From IMG/VR virus record IMGVR_UViG_3300045988_164982: DNA of 64,000 nucleotides; one strand, written 5' to 3'. The stretch is from a virus. Both the position numbers and the translations under genes were made by a program. A model generated the notes under the pieces. The model searched no databases. It was not told the DNA's origin and was given only the letters and a program-made list of their open reading frames with translations. How positions within the stretch are numbered: the stretch's first letter is position 1; every line of letters starts with the position of its first letter. This document shows positions 1 to 10,160 of the stretch, piece after piece.

Positions 1-333
1 TTCCGCATTGAAGATTGGGACTTAGAATTGCATGATTATTTCAAAATAACAGAAAAAGGGTTTTATAAATCTTCTTGTAATGACCCTTACGAGTGGAAAC
101 CTGCACCGAATTTTATGCTCCTGCTAACAGGGCAGCTTGAACTTACTAAGTTACCATGGAAGCCTAAAATGTTTGAGGAATATTACATTCCAAGAATAAG
201 TAGTATTCCTGATTTCTGCACTAAATATCATTGGCTAAACGATGATTATGACAGAAGATGTTACGATGCAGGAATTGTCTGTAAAACTAAAGAAGAAGCC
301 GTTGCAATGCTGGCGGTAGCAGAGGATAGATAA
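1..333 (+). CDS. Member P1 of a small paralogous early-protein family; the 5' end lies outside the window
   Basis: The reading frame is open from position 1. It shares the motifs KLPWKP..YY.P and LN.GLV.KT.EEA.A.AKKML with the ORFs at 583-981, 9747-10160 and 10153-10566. Confidence 0.6.
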   Translation, partial: FRIEDWDLELHDYFKITEKGFYKSSCNDPYEWKPAPNFMLLLTGQLELTKLPWKPKMFEEYYIPRISSIPDFCTKYHWLNDDYDRRCYDAGIVCKTKEEAVAMLAVAEDR

Positions 334-377
334 CGGCTGATTTTTAGTATGGGTTGAATACTTGGAGGATAAACACC

Positions 378-569
378 ATGATAGATAGAACAAAACATCC
401 TAATATTGTGTTCAAAGAGGAATTCGTTTCTGTAACTCGTAATGGCCAAACAACTTTAGAAAAATACTGTAACTATTATAATAATCCCATAAAAGCATTG
501 GAATCTGCTCTTAAGACTCTCACCATGATGGAAGATGTTGCTGCGGCCAAAGAAGCATTAGGAATATGA
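378..569 (+). CDS. hypothetical small protein
   Basis: ATG at 378 is preceded by GGAGG 8 nt upstream. The TTG at 354 listed in the ORF track is less likely to be the start. Confidence 0.4.
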   Translation: MIDRTKHPNIVFKEEFVSVTRNGQTTLEKYCNYYNNPIKALESALKTLTMMEDVAAAKEALGI

Positions 570-582
570 GGAGGAAAACAGA

Positions 583-981
583 ATGGCTAATCGTATGAAA
601 GAAGTAGCTAAGTTATTGGGCGTTGAGCTAGGGAAAGAATTTCGTATAGATGGAAATAAAGAACGATTCAAAATAACTAATGCTGGTGTTGAATATTATT
701 CTTTTGCCTGTGGAAAGTGGTTCCCTACAATGCCAATTGTATTACAAAAGCTCCTAGATGGCACATATGTTATTAAGGGTATATGGACACCAGATTCAGG
801 ACAGGTGTATTACTACCCAATTGTTGACGAAGATTCCCTATGTTGTGATTGCGAGTGGCATGGAGAAGATACTGATTACCATAGGCTTAATAATGGTCTT
901 GTCTTTCAAACAAGAGAGGAGGCCATTGAAATAGCAAAGAAAATGTTGGAGACAGCAAGGGAGAAATATTTAAATGAGTAA
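583..981 (+). CDS. Member P2 of the early-protein family
   Basis: N-terminal MANRMKEVAKLLGVELGKEFRI and C-terminal LNNGLVFQTREEAIEIAKKML match the paralogs at 9.7-10.6 kb. There is a strong RBS, GAGGAGG. Confidence 0.65.
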   Translation: MANRMKEVAKLLGVELGKEFRIDGNKERFKITNAGVEYYSFACGKWFPTMPIVLQKLLDGTYVIKGIWTPDSGQVYYYPIVDEDSLCCDCEWHGEDTDYHRLNNGLVFQTREEAIEIAKKMLETAREKYLNE

Positions 982-1138
982 GAGTCGTATAGCAGGAATA
1001 GCTATGTTATTTGGTATAGAGCTTGGAGAGGTTTTTCACATTCGCAATGCTAAGTGTGTACTTAATAACGGCTTTAAAATAACATATGTATGGGATGTTC
1101 CTGGCATGAATAACCCTATAGGAGGAAAAGCTGAATGA
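974..1138 (+). CDS. Truncated family member (54 aa), possibly a gene fragment
   Basis: It translates to MSKSRIAGIAMLFGIELGEVFHIRNAK, which matches the N-terminal motif of the family. It is under the 60-aa ORF-track threshold and overlaps neighbouring genes by 4-8 nt. Confidence 0.3.
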   Translation: MSKSRIAGIAMLFGIELGEVFHIRNAKCVLNNGFKITYVWDVPGMNNPIGGKAE

Positions 1139-1389
1139 GCAAAATAAATGATGATATACTGATGAGAAAGCTAGAGAATACCTTTGGTTATTTCGCAGAG
1201 CAGGTAGTGCGCAAAGGTTATTGGGATGCTCCCCTAGCTGACATAGCAGCACTTACAGCAGTTGACATTTTGGTAAATTACTGTACGTCTATAGGTAGGC
1301 ATTGTCAGGAATGCCTTTTTAACAACAAAGACGATATGTGCGACTTGTTTTCCAGGATTAGACAGAAGACCGGAAAAGAAATGCTGTAA
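1135..1389 (+). CDS. hypothetical protein
   Basis: ORF with RBS AGGAGGAAAAGCTGA immediately before the ATG. Confidence 0.45.
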   Translation: MSKINDDILMRKLENTFGYFAEQVVRKGYWDAPLADIAALTAVDILVNYCTSIGRHCQECLFNNKDDMCDLFSRIRQKTGKEML

Positions 1390-1518
1390 CTATTCTTGTT
1401 GATGTAGAGGAGGAAAATCAATGCTTAATGCACTTATATTCATAGCACTAGCAGGAGTTGGGCTGATAGTCGTACTACTGGGGGTGATTATAATTCTTTG
1501 GCTTAGAGAGGCTTTTAG

Positions 1519-1731
1519 GTGGATAAAATGACAAATAGAGAAAAGGCCATTGCTGACTTTACCAAATATCTACATACATTGGATGCTGATGAGCTTGCAG
1601 AGGTTCTCAATGTGAGTTGTCCCATTGATACCTGCTGTAAGTATTGCGTATATAACTGCGGTATTAAGGTTTGTGGAACAAGAACTGATACCTGCGATAA
1701 TGGTATAAAGAAGTGGCTAGAGGAATCATGA
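1519..1731 (+). CDS. Cys-rich small protein, putatively zinc-binding
   Basis: It contains the Cys clusters CPIDTCCKYCVYNCGIKVCGTRTDTC. A further 48-aa Cys-rich ORF lies at 1728-1874, joined by an ATGA overlap. Confidence 0.4.
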   Translation: MDKMTNREKAIADFTKYLHTLDADELAEVLNVSCPIDTCCKYCVYNCGIKVCGTRTDTCDNGIKKWLEES

Positions 1732-2174
1732 TTACACGTGATGAAGCTATAAAAGCAACAAACCTAATATTTGAGTTTTGTTGTCAGCAAAAGGATTGTA
1801 AAAGTTGCCCATTCTGTGGGGAAAGAATTTTTGTACCAGAGCAGGGCTATATAGTTTGCGGGCTTTGTTCCTAATATAGCAGACCCCTTAACAGCTAGTG
1901 ATTACAAACAACCACCTGTGGTAGCTTGTATCGGCAACGGGCAATGCAATCAGTTAAGTTTGCAGGATAAAATGGGGGCATTAAACTGTATGCATGACCA
2001 ACAAGCTGTTTTGATAGGTTCAAAGCCAGCTGATGATAAGAATACATGTAAGTTAGCAAACGGAAAAACCACGACTGGGACACTGTTAGCCAACTGTGGG
2101 ACAAAGTTGTTTACAGGCAACCAAGAGGCTTTCAGCGGAGATTTCTATATAATTGATGGCAGAGGGGAATAAAA

Positions 2175-2510
2175 ATGCAATATACTGTAGATTTTGGCAG
2201 GACGGCAGACAGAATCCAGATGGAAGCCACCAAGAGCACTACTTTATCTGCCCAAGGTGGCGGTATGGGTGCTAAAACGGGGTTGTATTGTCTGCCGAAA
2301 GGAGATGATGATGTGGAATATATTGTAAGGAGATTGACACCATTAGAGTGCGAAAGATTGCAGGGACTCCCTGATGGGTTCACAGATATAAAGTTCAAAG
2401 GCAAGCCTGCACCAGACAGTAAGCGGTACAAAGCTATTGGCAACGGCATGGCTCACCCTTGTGCAAGTTTTGTGTTAGCACAGATTGTAAAAGCAGAAAA
2501 TAAATCGTAA
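2175..2510 (+). pseudogene. C-terminal fragment of a C5-cytosine DNA methyltransferase; the N-terminal catalytic half is missing
   Basis: It contains RRLTPLECERLQGLPDGFT and RYKAIGNGMAHP, which are Dcm-family motifs IX and X. No frame upstream carries motif I (FxGxG), motif IV (PCQ) or ENV. Confidence 0.6.
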
Positions 2511-2783
2511 TATATACCTACAATTAAAGTAACTAAAATAGAATATTCACATCGAAAGATTGCTGACCAACAGCATGACCAACAAAGATGTTTATTATAA
2601 TATAAAAAAGTAAAATCGTATAAACACAAAATGTAGATGAATAAAGGCTTGGTAAACTTTAGTATACAAATCCACAATTACATCCGATAATTTATACGAA
2701 TGGGAGAGATTATTCATAAACCCAGAGTTTACTAAGCCTGACAAGGTATATAAACATCTTTGACCAACATTTGACTAACAAAA

Positions 2784-2814
2784 AACGCCCTGAGTGATTC
2801 AGAGCGTTTTTTTG
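2784..2814. terminator. Bidirectional rho-independent terminator
   Basis: The hairpin AACGCCCTGA-gtgattc-AGAGCGTT is flanked by A5 upstream and T6 downstream. It lies between the methyltransferase fragment and the integrase stop codon. Confidence 0.6.
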
Positions 2815-3864
2815 TTAGCTTTGCGGTAAAAAATCATTTAACATTGCAGCAACTTCTTTGTCGTGCTGTTTATACACATGCCCATATGTATTCAGCGTAA
2901 TGCTAGGGTTAGAATGTCCAAGTCTGCTAGCGATAACATTCACAGGGACACCCATTTTGATTAAGAACGATGCGTGAGAGTGCCTTAATCCATGAATGGT
3001 TATCACATGAACGCCAGCACGCTCACACAGCCTTTTTAAGCGGGTACGTATGGTTCTGACATCTAACTCTTGAAATAGGTATTCAGTAGGCTTAGACAAG
3101 TTCTCAACGTATTCCTCGATTATCTTCATACAAGAAGATGGCATTGTTATGGTACGAACGCTATAACTTGATTTAGTCGTACTAATCTTATGTCCTATTG
3201 TATCATATTGTTTGTTAATAGTGATAGTATTTTTTTGAAAATTTAAATCGTTGATAGTAAGCCCCAGAAATTCTCCTATACGCATACCAGACCAATACAA
3301 AGTATAGAACACTACTTTGTCGTAATCATTAGCTATTTTGCTGGCAACCAGTTCCCATTCATCTTGCTCTAAAAAGTTGTTATTGTCTTTGTCTGCTGCA
3401 GGTAATAGTGGCTCTATACTGGTAAGCTCGCTTGAAAGGTTGTAATATTTTACACCAAAACCTATAAAGGCCTTAAAAGAAACGAGAATTAGTTTCATAG
3501 AGGCGGGGGACAGTGGAAGTTCCATAACATAATTCTGCCATTTTCGTACAGTGAACGGAGTAATGCTGCTGATAGGCAATTCGCCTATTTTTGGCAATAT
3601 ATACATATTAATGTTCTTGCGAACACTTCTGTAAGAATTTGCCTTGTAGTGTAATTTATAGTCAGCCAAGTATTCATCAGCCATTGCACTAAGAGTAATT
3701 GTAGGTTTGCTTTGAGATTGAGCACGAAAATTTCTTTCATATTCCAGGGCATCCTTTTTCCTTTCAAATCCTCGCTTTGTGGTAGACCGCGAATGCCCGC
3801 ACCAGTCGCGATAACGGAATTTGCAGTACCATGATTTTTGTTCTTTATCATAGTAGACAGACAT
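2815..3864 (-). CDS. int: Tyrosine recombinase (phage integrase)
   Basis: The C-terminal catalytic motifs are HGLRHSHAS and LGHSNPSITLNTYGHV, giving the R..H..R..Y signature. The protein is 349 aa and sits at the edge of the phage gene block. Confidence 0.9.
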   Translation of the reverse strand: MSVYYDKEQKSWYCKFRYRDWCGHSRSTTKRGFERKKDALEYERNFRAQSQSKPTITLSAMADEYLADYKLHYKANSYRSVRKNINMYILPKIGELPISSITPFTVRKWQNYVMELPLSPASMKLILVSFKAFIGFGVKYYNLSSELTSIEPLLPAADKDNNNFLEQDEWELVASKIANDYDKVVFYTLYWSGMRIGEFLGLTINDLNFQKNTITINKQYDTIGHKISTTKSSYSVRTITMPSSCMKIIEEYVENLSKPTEYLFQELDVRTIRTRLKRLCERAGVHVITIHGLRHSHASFLIKMGVPVNVIASRLGHSNPSITLNTYGHVYKQHDKEVAAMLNDFLPQS

Positions 3865-4076
3865 TTTTCTTCTCTCCTCATTTTGCCAAATTAAAATACG
3901 ATGATATAATATATATAGGCAGCTTCACATGTCTATCTCCAGTTTTCACGAGAACTGCTCATTTTCAAACCTCCGTTCTTATATCCCTACTTACCCTTTT
4001 TGGATAGTAGGGATTTTTTTTGAAATATAAAAACTAGCTTATCAAGTAGGTATACACCACAATCAAAGCTAGTTTG

Positions 4077-4406
4077 CTAATTTAAATATTCTATTGGCGG
4101 AGCCCTCGTATGCAGATAAGAACGTATTTGCTTATGAGGGCATACTCTATTCATCACATATACTACGCAGATAACAGTTAGGATAGGCAAAAAACGAACA
4201 ATATCGCTTGCCAGCACATTGCCAATGTTATGTTTGACTTTTGCCAGCATAGGATAGTGTTTATGCGAATCTACATGGTCACACGCAGAATATATTTCAT
4301 TTTCACTAGAATCTTGAATCTGTACTGTTGTGAAGAATAGCGCCAGATTCAACGACAGAAAAACCGATAACAGCAGCCCTACACATAGCTGCTTATATTC
4401 CCTCAT
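4077..4406 (-). CDS. Hypothetical membrane protein, a moron between int and the repressor
   Basis: The N-terminal segment LLLSVFLSLNLALFF is hydrophobic. This position is typical of superinfection-exclusion genes. Confidence 0.4.
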   Translation of the reverse strand: MREYKQLCVGLLLSVFLSLNLALFFTTVQIQDSSENEIYSACDHVDSHKHYPMLAKVKHNIGNVLASDIVRFLPILTVICVVYVMNRVCPHKQIRSYLHTRAPPIEYLN

Positions 4407-4555
4407 AATAATCGCTTCCTATCAACGGTTTGTTATAACAATGACGACAATCTCTCCATTATCAAGTAAAACCTCGATTTTCATAAGAGAGCCTCCCCTC
4501 GCTATATATTTTCATATCCTTATGGATATTGAAGCAGGGTAATGTCAAATCGAAG

Positions 4556-5053
4556 TTATTTTATTACTTTAGCCTCTTTCAAACCAGTGAATAAAGCCAT
4601 TTTTATCAGTTCTTTATTCTCACGTGGCATAAGGGCAAGCCTTTTTGATAACATGACAGAATCGCATTTCTTTAATACAGCTAAAGTTTTAGGGTCATCT
4701 TGAAAAATATTTTCTAAGATACCTTTGGAAACTTCCTTTACTAAAGTTGGGGTATGTGCTACAAAACGTACAGCAACAACACGTGAATCCAAGCCACATT
4801 CCTCAGCCAATTCTTCTGTAGATAAGTCGAACGCTTTAGCAAGGGCTTTGAACTTATCTACAGGGATAGATTTCTTCCCCAGTTCCATTTGATTAACCGA
4901 GCTGCGGGACATGTAACCTATCTTTAATGCCAGCTCTTCCTGTGTCATGCCAGCCATTTTCCTAAGATACTTTATGCGCTTGCCTATAGCTTTATAGTCG
5001 ATTTCATCCATCCCACCAATAGGAGGTAAGGAATCAGTTTGATATGCGCCCAT
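4556..5053 (-). CDS. cI-like repressor of the XRE helix-turn-helix family
   Basis: The HTH is GMTQEELALKIGYMSRSSVNQMELGKK. The ATG at 5053 has AGGTGG 6 nt upstream. The gene is divergent from a cro-like gene. Confidence 0.75.
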   Translation of the reverse strand: MGAYQTDSLPPIGGMDEIDYKAIGKRIKYLRKMAGMTQEELALKIGYMSRSSVNQMELGKKSIPVDKFKALAKAFDLSTEELAEECGLDSRVVAVRFVAHTPTLVKEVSKGILENIFQDDPKTLAVLKKCDSVMLSKRLALMPRENKELIKMALFTGLKEAKVIK

Positions 5054-5118
5054 AAAAACCACCTCTCAACTAAAAAATAATAAACATTTGTTAAATATTG
5101 TACACTACTATAATACAG

Positions 5119-5212
5119 CATTGTAGCCATAAAAGCAAACTTTTTGAAAAAATACTTTACATATGGCTACAAATATGTTATATTATTCTTGTAGCCAAAA
5201 ACAGCTACAAAA
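5119..5212. promoter_or_regulatory. Operator and promoter region between cI and cro
   Basis: TTGTAGCCATA at 5121-5131 and TATGGCTACAA at 5162-5172 are inverted repeats. TTGTAGCCAAAAACAGCTACAAAA at 5188-5212 is a palindrome. A TTTACA-N17-TATATT promoter spans the second half-site. Confidence 0.55.
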
Positions 5213-5465
5213 CAATGTAGAAGAGGGTGACATTTTGGAGAAAAAACAAAACAGAGAAGTAGACCAAAAGGAACTGCGGATTGCAATGATAAGAGCAGAT
5301 GTAACTATGGCACAGCTTATTGCTGGTCTAGAACTGTCTCCACCTGGCTTTTACCGCAAGTTAAACGGGAAAAGCCACTTTACAACCAAAGAGATAAGAA
5401 TTATTTCAAAAATTCTTTCTTTGACAGTTGAGGATAGAGATAAAATTTTTTTACTCTATTTGTAG
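5163..5465 (+). CDS. Cro-like HTH regulator; the start codon is uncertain
   Basis: The HTH is VTMAQLIAGLELSPPGFYRKLNGK. Alternative starts are TTG at 5235 and ATG at 5289. The stop codon overlaps operator copy O3 at 5458-5484. Confidence 0.5.
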   Translation: MATNMLYYSCSQKQLQNNVEEGDILEKKQNREVDQKELRIAMIRADVTMAQLIAGLELSPPGFYRKLNGKSHFTTKEIRIISKILSLTVEDRDKIFLLYL

Positions 5466-5728
5466 TCAGAAACAGCTACAAAATAAAGTAGTTCGGTGCA
5501 ACATATAGGGTTCTAGTTTGAAACTGCACTGTGTTCTTAAAAAGTACAGTACGCTCCGAGCACAGGATAAGGTAATGCGAGTCTACCTGCTAGAATCTTG
5601 TATGTTACATCGAACTATGAGAAAGAAAGGAAGATTTGAGATGTTGAACTACCACGGAGTCGGGATAGTGTGTACTATTGGTTGCTTACTGATATTGATT
5701 GCTTTGTAAAAAAGGAAGTGGAGAGGCT

Positions 5729-6013
5729 TTGAAATGGAAAAAACTTGTGCTTGCAGTTGCAGGTCTTGCGACAACATCGTTTATGATTCCACAATATCCC
5801 AACATAGAAACTGTATCAGCTGTATATACCGTAAAAAGCGGCGATACGCTTAGAGGTATATCGGAAAAGTTTTTGCCTCTAAACACTGGGGACAGGCGGT
5901 ATATCCTCGAATTTGAGGAAAGCATTGTAGAACTCAACCCAGAGCTTCAAAAAGACCGTGGCAGTATTTACCCTGGGCAGAAAATCCGCATTAATTATTG
6001 GGTAAAGGAGTGA
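5729..6013 (+). CDS. Secreted LysM-domain protein
   Basis: TTG start follows GGAGAGG. There is a signal-like LVLAVAGLATTSF segment and the LysM-like sequence YTVKSGDTLRGISEKF...IYPGQKIRI. Confidence 0.5.
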   Translation: MKWKKLVLAVAGLATTSFMIPQYPNIETVSAVYTVKSGDTLRGISEKFLPLNTGDRRYILEFEESIVELNPELQKDRGSIYPGQKIRINYWVKE

Positions 6014-6017
6014 GAGT

Positions 6018-7982
6018 ATGACAGATAGGGGGGCTTACAAAATGAAATTTCAAAAATTAATATTGGAAAATTTTCGAGGGATGAAAAAGCTGGAGGTGGA
6101 TTTTGCTGGTGCCTCTTGTAATGTATATGGTAGAAACGCCAGTGGAAAGACAACGATAGCCAATGCTATCTGCTGGTTGCTTACTGGCTCAGCCATGACA
6201 GGAGAAAAGGATTTTTCTCCTAAGACGGCAGGCAGTCACAATCTCCACCACAAGGCAGAGCTGACAATCCAGAAGGATGACGGCAGCATAGTAGTCCTGT
6301 CTAAAGACTATTATGAAAAGTGGACCAAAAAAAAAGGAGCTAGTACAGCTGAACTGACAGGACACACTACAGACTTCGCTATTGATGGAGTACCACAGAA
6401 AGAGAAAGACTATATAAAAGCTGTAGAGACTCTCTGTGGTGGCAGTACGGACAAGATAAAGGAAATATCTATACTAGGGTATTTCAGCGAATCCATAAAG
6501 GCTGACGACCGCAGGAGGGTATTGCTGGAGGTTTGCGGTGATGTGTCTGATGAGGAAATCATGAAAGACGACAGACTACAGGGATTGGAAAAATTCCTGC
6601 GAGTGCCTGGCACCGAGAATCAGCAGTATTCCATTGATGATTATCGGGCCATCGCTCTTAAACAGCGTTCCAAGCTAAAAAAGGAGCTTGATACACTGCC
6701 TGAGCGTATTGATGAACAGAATAACAGCTTGCCTGAGGCTGTAGATGAAAAGGCTTTACAGACGGAGTTAGAAGAGTTACAGAGGCTTAGAAACGAGCTG
6801 AGCAATACAGATAAAGTTGTCGCCAAGGAAGCGGCCATCAGAGGTCTGAGGGCTGGCATAGAAAAAGAAAAGGTTCAATTCACACAGGAACAGGTCGAGG
6901 CCAATTTAGAAGCTCAGAAAAAAATAGATAGGCTGATGGCCAAGAAAAGCGAATACAGCGAACGAAAAAGTAATCTAAGTTTTGAGGTTATACAGAAACA
7001 GCAGAATGTCAGCCAGATGGCTGATAGGCGTCAGAGCCTGCTGAATGAGTGGCAGGAAGTGGCCTCTTTGAAATGGCGGGATGGAGATAATATATGTCCC
7101 TGCTGTGGTCAGGAACTTCCAGCTGATCAGCTGGAGACGAAAAAGGCAGCGTTTATGGACAATATAAAGAACCGCAAAGAGGAAATCCGCAAGCAGGGGC
7201 AGACCTGTAGCGATGCCTTGATTCAGCAGTTAAAGGCTGAATTAGAGCTACAGCAGGGTGAGGTTGACAGACTGGACAAGGAAATAGCTATTCTTGAAAA
7301 AGAAAAAGCCCTGATATATGGACAGATGAAAGAACCCGCACCTTTTGAGCATACCAAAAGATACAAAGAGGCTATGGAGAGAATCCGCCAGCTGGAGAGC
7401 GAGAGCACAGACAATATAGCTGTTGCCAGGGAACAGCTTGCAGATGTAGATAAACGCATCCGAGAGGTAAATGAGGGGCTGGCTACAAAGGCTATGACTG
7501 AAAAAATCAAAGCTCGTATTACGGAGCTGGAGAAAATCCAGCAGGCCAAGGCTTCCCAGTTGGAGCAGGTAGAGCATGGCCTTTATCTCTGTGATGAGTT
7601 CATACGCATTAAGGTGGCTATGGTGACAGAGAAAATAAACAGCAGATTCAAAACTATCAGCTTCCAGCTCTTCAAGGAGCAGGTAAATGGCGGTATCAAG
7701 GAATGCTGTGAGGCACTGATACCATCACCAGATGGCACAATGGTTGAGTACAAGGCCGCCAATACAGCTGCCAAGGTAAATGCAGGACTGGAAATTATAG
7801 GAGTCCTCTCAGAGCACTATGGCATGAATATGCCAATTATCATGGACCAGGCCGAAAGTGTAATCAAGCTTGTTAATATCAATCAGCAGTTAATCAGGCT
7901 GATTGTGGCAGACCAGCCATTAGAAATAGAGGTTGTAGATACCTTAGCAGGTATAACAGATACAAAGAGAAGGAGTGCATAA
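6018..7982 (+). CDS. Rad50/SbcC-like SMC-family ATPase with a CxxC zinc hook
   Basis: The N-terminus is ENFRG...GRNASGKTT, a Walker A motif. The middle is a long coiled coil containing CPCCGQELP. The C-terminus has IIMDQAES, which resembles Walker B. Confidence 0.7.
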   Translation: MTDRGAYKMKFQKLILENFRGMKKLEVDFAGASCNVYGRNASGKTTIANAICWLLTGSAMTGEKDFSPKTAGSHNLHHKAELTIQKDDGSIVVLSKDYYEKWTKKKGASTAELTGHTTDFAIDGVPQKEKDYIKAVETLCGGSTDKIKEISILGYFSESIKADDRRRVLLEVCGDVSDEEIMKDDRLQGLEKFLRVPGTENQQYSIDDYRAIALKQRSKLKKELDTLPERIDEQNNSLPEAVDEKALQTELEELQRLRNELSNTDKVVAKEAAIRGLRAGIEKEKVQFTQEQVEANLEAQKKIDRLMAKKSEYSERKSNLSFEVIQKQQNVSQMADRRQSLLNEWQEVASLKWRDGDNICPCCGQELPADQLETKKAAFMDNIKNRKEEIRKQGQTCSDALIQQLKAELELQQGEVDRLDKEIAILEKEKALIYGQMKEPAPFEHTKRYKEAMERIRQLESESTDNIAVAREQLADVDKRIREVNEGLATKAMTEKIKARITELEKIQQAKASQLEQVEHGLYLCDEFIRIKVAMVTEKINSRFKTISFQLFKEQVNGGIKECCEALIPSPDGTMVEYKAANTAAKVNAGLEIIGVLSEHYGMNMPIIMDQAESVIKLVNINQQLIRLIVADQPLEIEVVDTLAGITDTKRRSA

Positions 7983-7984
7983 AT

Positions 7985-8770
7985 ATGTCAAACGAAATTA
8001 TAAATACCGAACCCAAGGAGATGGAGATTACCCGTCCAGGCTTTGAAAGCGAGAAGGGCTTTGCTCTCCTCCAGCGCATGGCGAAGATGTTCAATCTTTC
8101 CACCATTGTTCCTGAGACATTCAGAGGTGAAAAGAACATTGGCAACTGTGCAATAGCTATCAATATGGCCCAGAGAATGGGAGCTGATCCTTTGATGGTT
8201 ATGCAGAATATGTACATTGTCTACGGCAATCCAGCCTGGAGCAGTAAATTCATGATAGCCACCTTTAACAGCTGTGGCCGTTATGAGGCTATCAAATACA
8301 AGGTTACTGGAGAACGTAGTACAGATACTCAGGGCGTAATTGCATGGACTAGAGAGAAATCCTCCGGTGATATTATCGAGGGGCCGGAGGTAACAATAGG
8401 CATTGCCAAGGCTGAGGGCTGGTATAACAAGTCTGGCAGTAAATGGAAAACCATGCCGGATCAGTTGCTTAGATACAGAGCTGCCAGCTGGCTGATTCGT
8501 ACTACAGCCCCAGAAATCAGCATGGGATTGATGACTAGTGATGAAATAGAGGATATTGGGCCAGAGATGGAGCACGTTGTTGACCTTGATGAAGCAATGA
8601 GCAGTGTTGAGAATGATATGGCTGCTCTGCCAGAAGCTAAGCCTATTGTTGAGGCACCTGTGGCAGAGTTTAAGATGGAAGCTCCCAAGAGCAAGACTAC
8701 AGCAAAGGCAACAAAGCCGGCAAAGACAGCAGAAGCACCCGCTGCTGAAATGGAAGAGCCTGGCTTCTAA
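7985..8770 (+). CDS. recT: RecT-family single-strand annealing protein
   Basis: It carries the KWKTMPDQLLRYRAASWLIRTTAPE motif that is characteristic of RecT. Confidence 0.85.
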   Translation: MSNEIINTEPKEMEITRPGFESEKGFALLQRMAKMFNLSTIVPETFRGEKNIGNCAIAINMAQRMGADPLMVMQNMYIVYGNPAWSSKFMIATFNSCGRYEAIKYKVTGERSTDTQGVIAWTREKSSGDIIEGPEVTIGIAKAEGWYNKSGSKWKTMPDQLLRYRAASWLIRTTAPEISMGLMTSDEIEDIGPEMEHVVDLDEAMSSVENDMAALPEAKPIVEAPVAEFKMEAPKSKTTAKATKPAKTAEAPAAEMEEPGF

Positions 8771-9469
8771 TTGGATATTAGGGTAATTGGTTCAGGGAGT
8801 GCTGGTAACTGCTATCTCATAAATGATGGCAAAACCGCACTCCTACTGGACGCAGGTATAGCATTTAGCGAGATTCAGAAGGCTATGGACTTTGACACAA
8901 GTCATATCAGAGGGTGCCTGATAACTCATCAACATGGGGACCATGCTAAGGCAGGGAAGGACATGGCCAAAAGGGGAATCAAGGTTTATGCTAACGTAAA
9001 TACAGCTGTAGCAGTAGGCAAGGGGGCCAAGGTGCTGGAGCCCCTTACTAGCTATGGTATAGATACTATGACTATTCTACCTTTTGAGGTGGTGCATGAT
9101 GTCCCGTGCTTCGGGTACAGGATAGACAGCTTGGTAACAGGCGAGAGACTGGTGTACATAACAGATGCTGCGGGTTTTAGGTTCTCTATCAAAGGAACTA
9201 CCCATCTGCTGGTAGAGTGCAATCACAGTCATGAGAAGCTGATTGAGAGAGTCAGAACCAATGAGATGAATCCTGTGCTGGGGAATCGAGTAGCTAAAAC
9301 TCATATGAGTTTTGAGACACTGACCAGGTATCTGTCTGATGGGCGTATTCAGGTGGACAAACTAAAAAAGGTAATGCTGATACATCTATCAGATGGAAAC
9401 AGTGATGCCGGAATGTTCCGTGAAGCCATACAGGAGCTTTTGCCAGAGGCTGAGGTTACTGTGTGGTAG
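8771..9469 (+). CDS. MBL-fold metallo-hydrolase, putative nuclease
   Basis: It has the HQHGDH motif (HxHxDH) and a TTG start. It completes the recombination module with the ATPase and RecT. Confidence 0.7.
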   Translation: MDIRVIGSGSAGNCYLINDGKTALLLDAGIAFSEIQKAMDFDTSHIRGCLITHQHGDHAKAGKDMAKRGIKVYANVNTAVAVGKGAKVLEPLTSYGIDTMTILPFEVVHDVPCFGYRIDSLVTGERLVYITDAAGFRFSIKGTTHLLVECNHSHEKLIERVRTNEMNPVLGNRVAKTHMSFETLTRYLSDGRIQVDKLKKVMLIHLSDGNSDAGMFREAIQELLPEAEVTVW

Positions 9470-9746
9470 AGAAAGGGGGCCGGCAGAGATGGGAGAAAAT
9501 GGTAGCTTTCAAGGGCTGTGGATTCCAAGGGAAATTTCGCTTCTACCAGTCAGCATAACGCAAAAGGTTCTGCATGGATAAGAAGTTTGTGGCTATCTGC
9601 ATGGAAGTTAAGTTCCAAAAGCGAGCAAAAGAGTTCACACTAGACGATTACACCACATTTGTCAACAACTTTGACGGCTACATTGCTGAGGTTCAGGAAG
9701 AAGCTATCAAGCGTATGAGTGCGTGAGTCGAACTGGGGGAATTGAA

Positions 9747-10160
9747 ATGAGAAAGAATTGTATGGCGGAAGTTGCTAAGGCTCTCGGTTTAGAGCTGGAA
9801 GAAGTGTTTCGTATTGATGGTGATGAGCATTATTTTAGGCTTACAGATACAGGCTTAGGAATGTCGATGTGTTCAGAAAACAAAAATTGGTTTGTTGCTC
9901 CTATCAATGCACTAAACGGATTGCTACTTGGTGAAAATGAGATTATTAAGCTGCCATGGAGGCCGCAGGAAGATGAGAAATATTATGTTCCATTTATTGC
10001 TACCAAGCCTATAAATATGTATGACGAACATTACTGGCTGAACGAGGACATCGATATGAAACGTTATCGTATGGGGCTGGTATGTAAGACTAGAGAAGAA
10101 GCTACTGCTATGACAAAGAAAATGTTAGCAGTAGCAAAGGAGGGTAAAAATAATGGCTAA
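9747..10160 (+). CDS. Member P3 of the early-protein family
   Basis: It contains MAEVAKALGLELEEVFRI...KLPWRPQEDEKYYVP...YRMGLVCKTREEATAMTKKML. The RBS GGGGGA lies 7 nt before the ATG. Confidence 0.65.
   Translation: MRKNCMAEVAKALGLELEEVFRIDGDEHYFRLTDTGLGMSMCSENKNWFVAPINALNGLLLGENEIIKLPWRPQEDEKYYVPFIATKPINMYDEHYWLNEDIDMKRYRMGLVCKTREEATAMTKKMLAVAKEGKNNG

Noticed and set aside
1918-2172. 84-aa ORF upstream of the methyltransferase fragment, considered as the missing middle part of the enzyme
   Set aside because: Its translation has no C5-methyltransferase motifs (PCQ, ENV, QRR) and is in a different frame. It is treated as non-coding remnant sequence.
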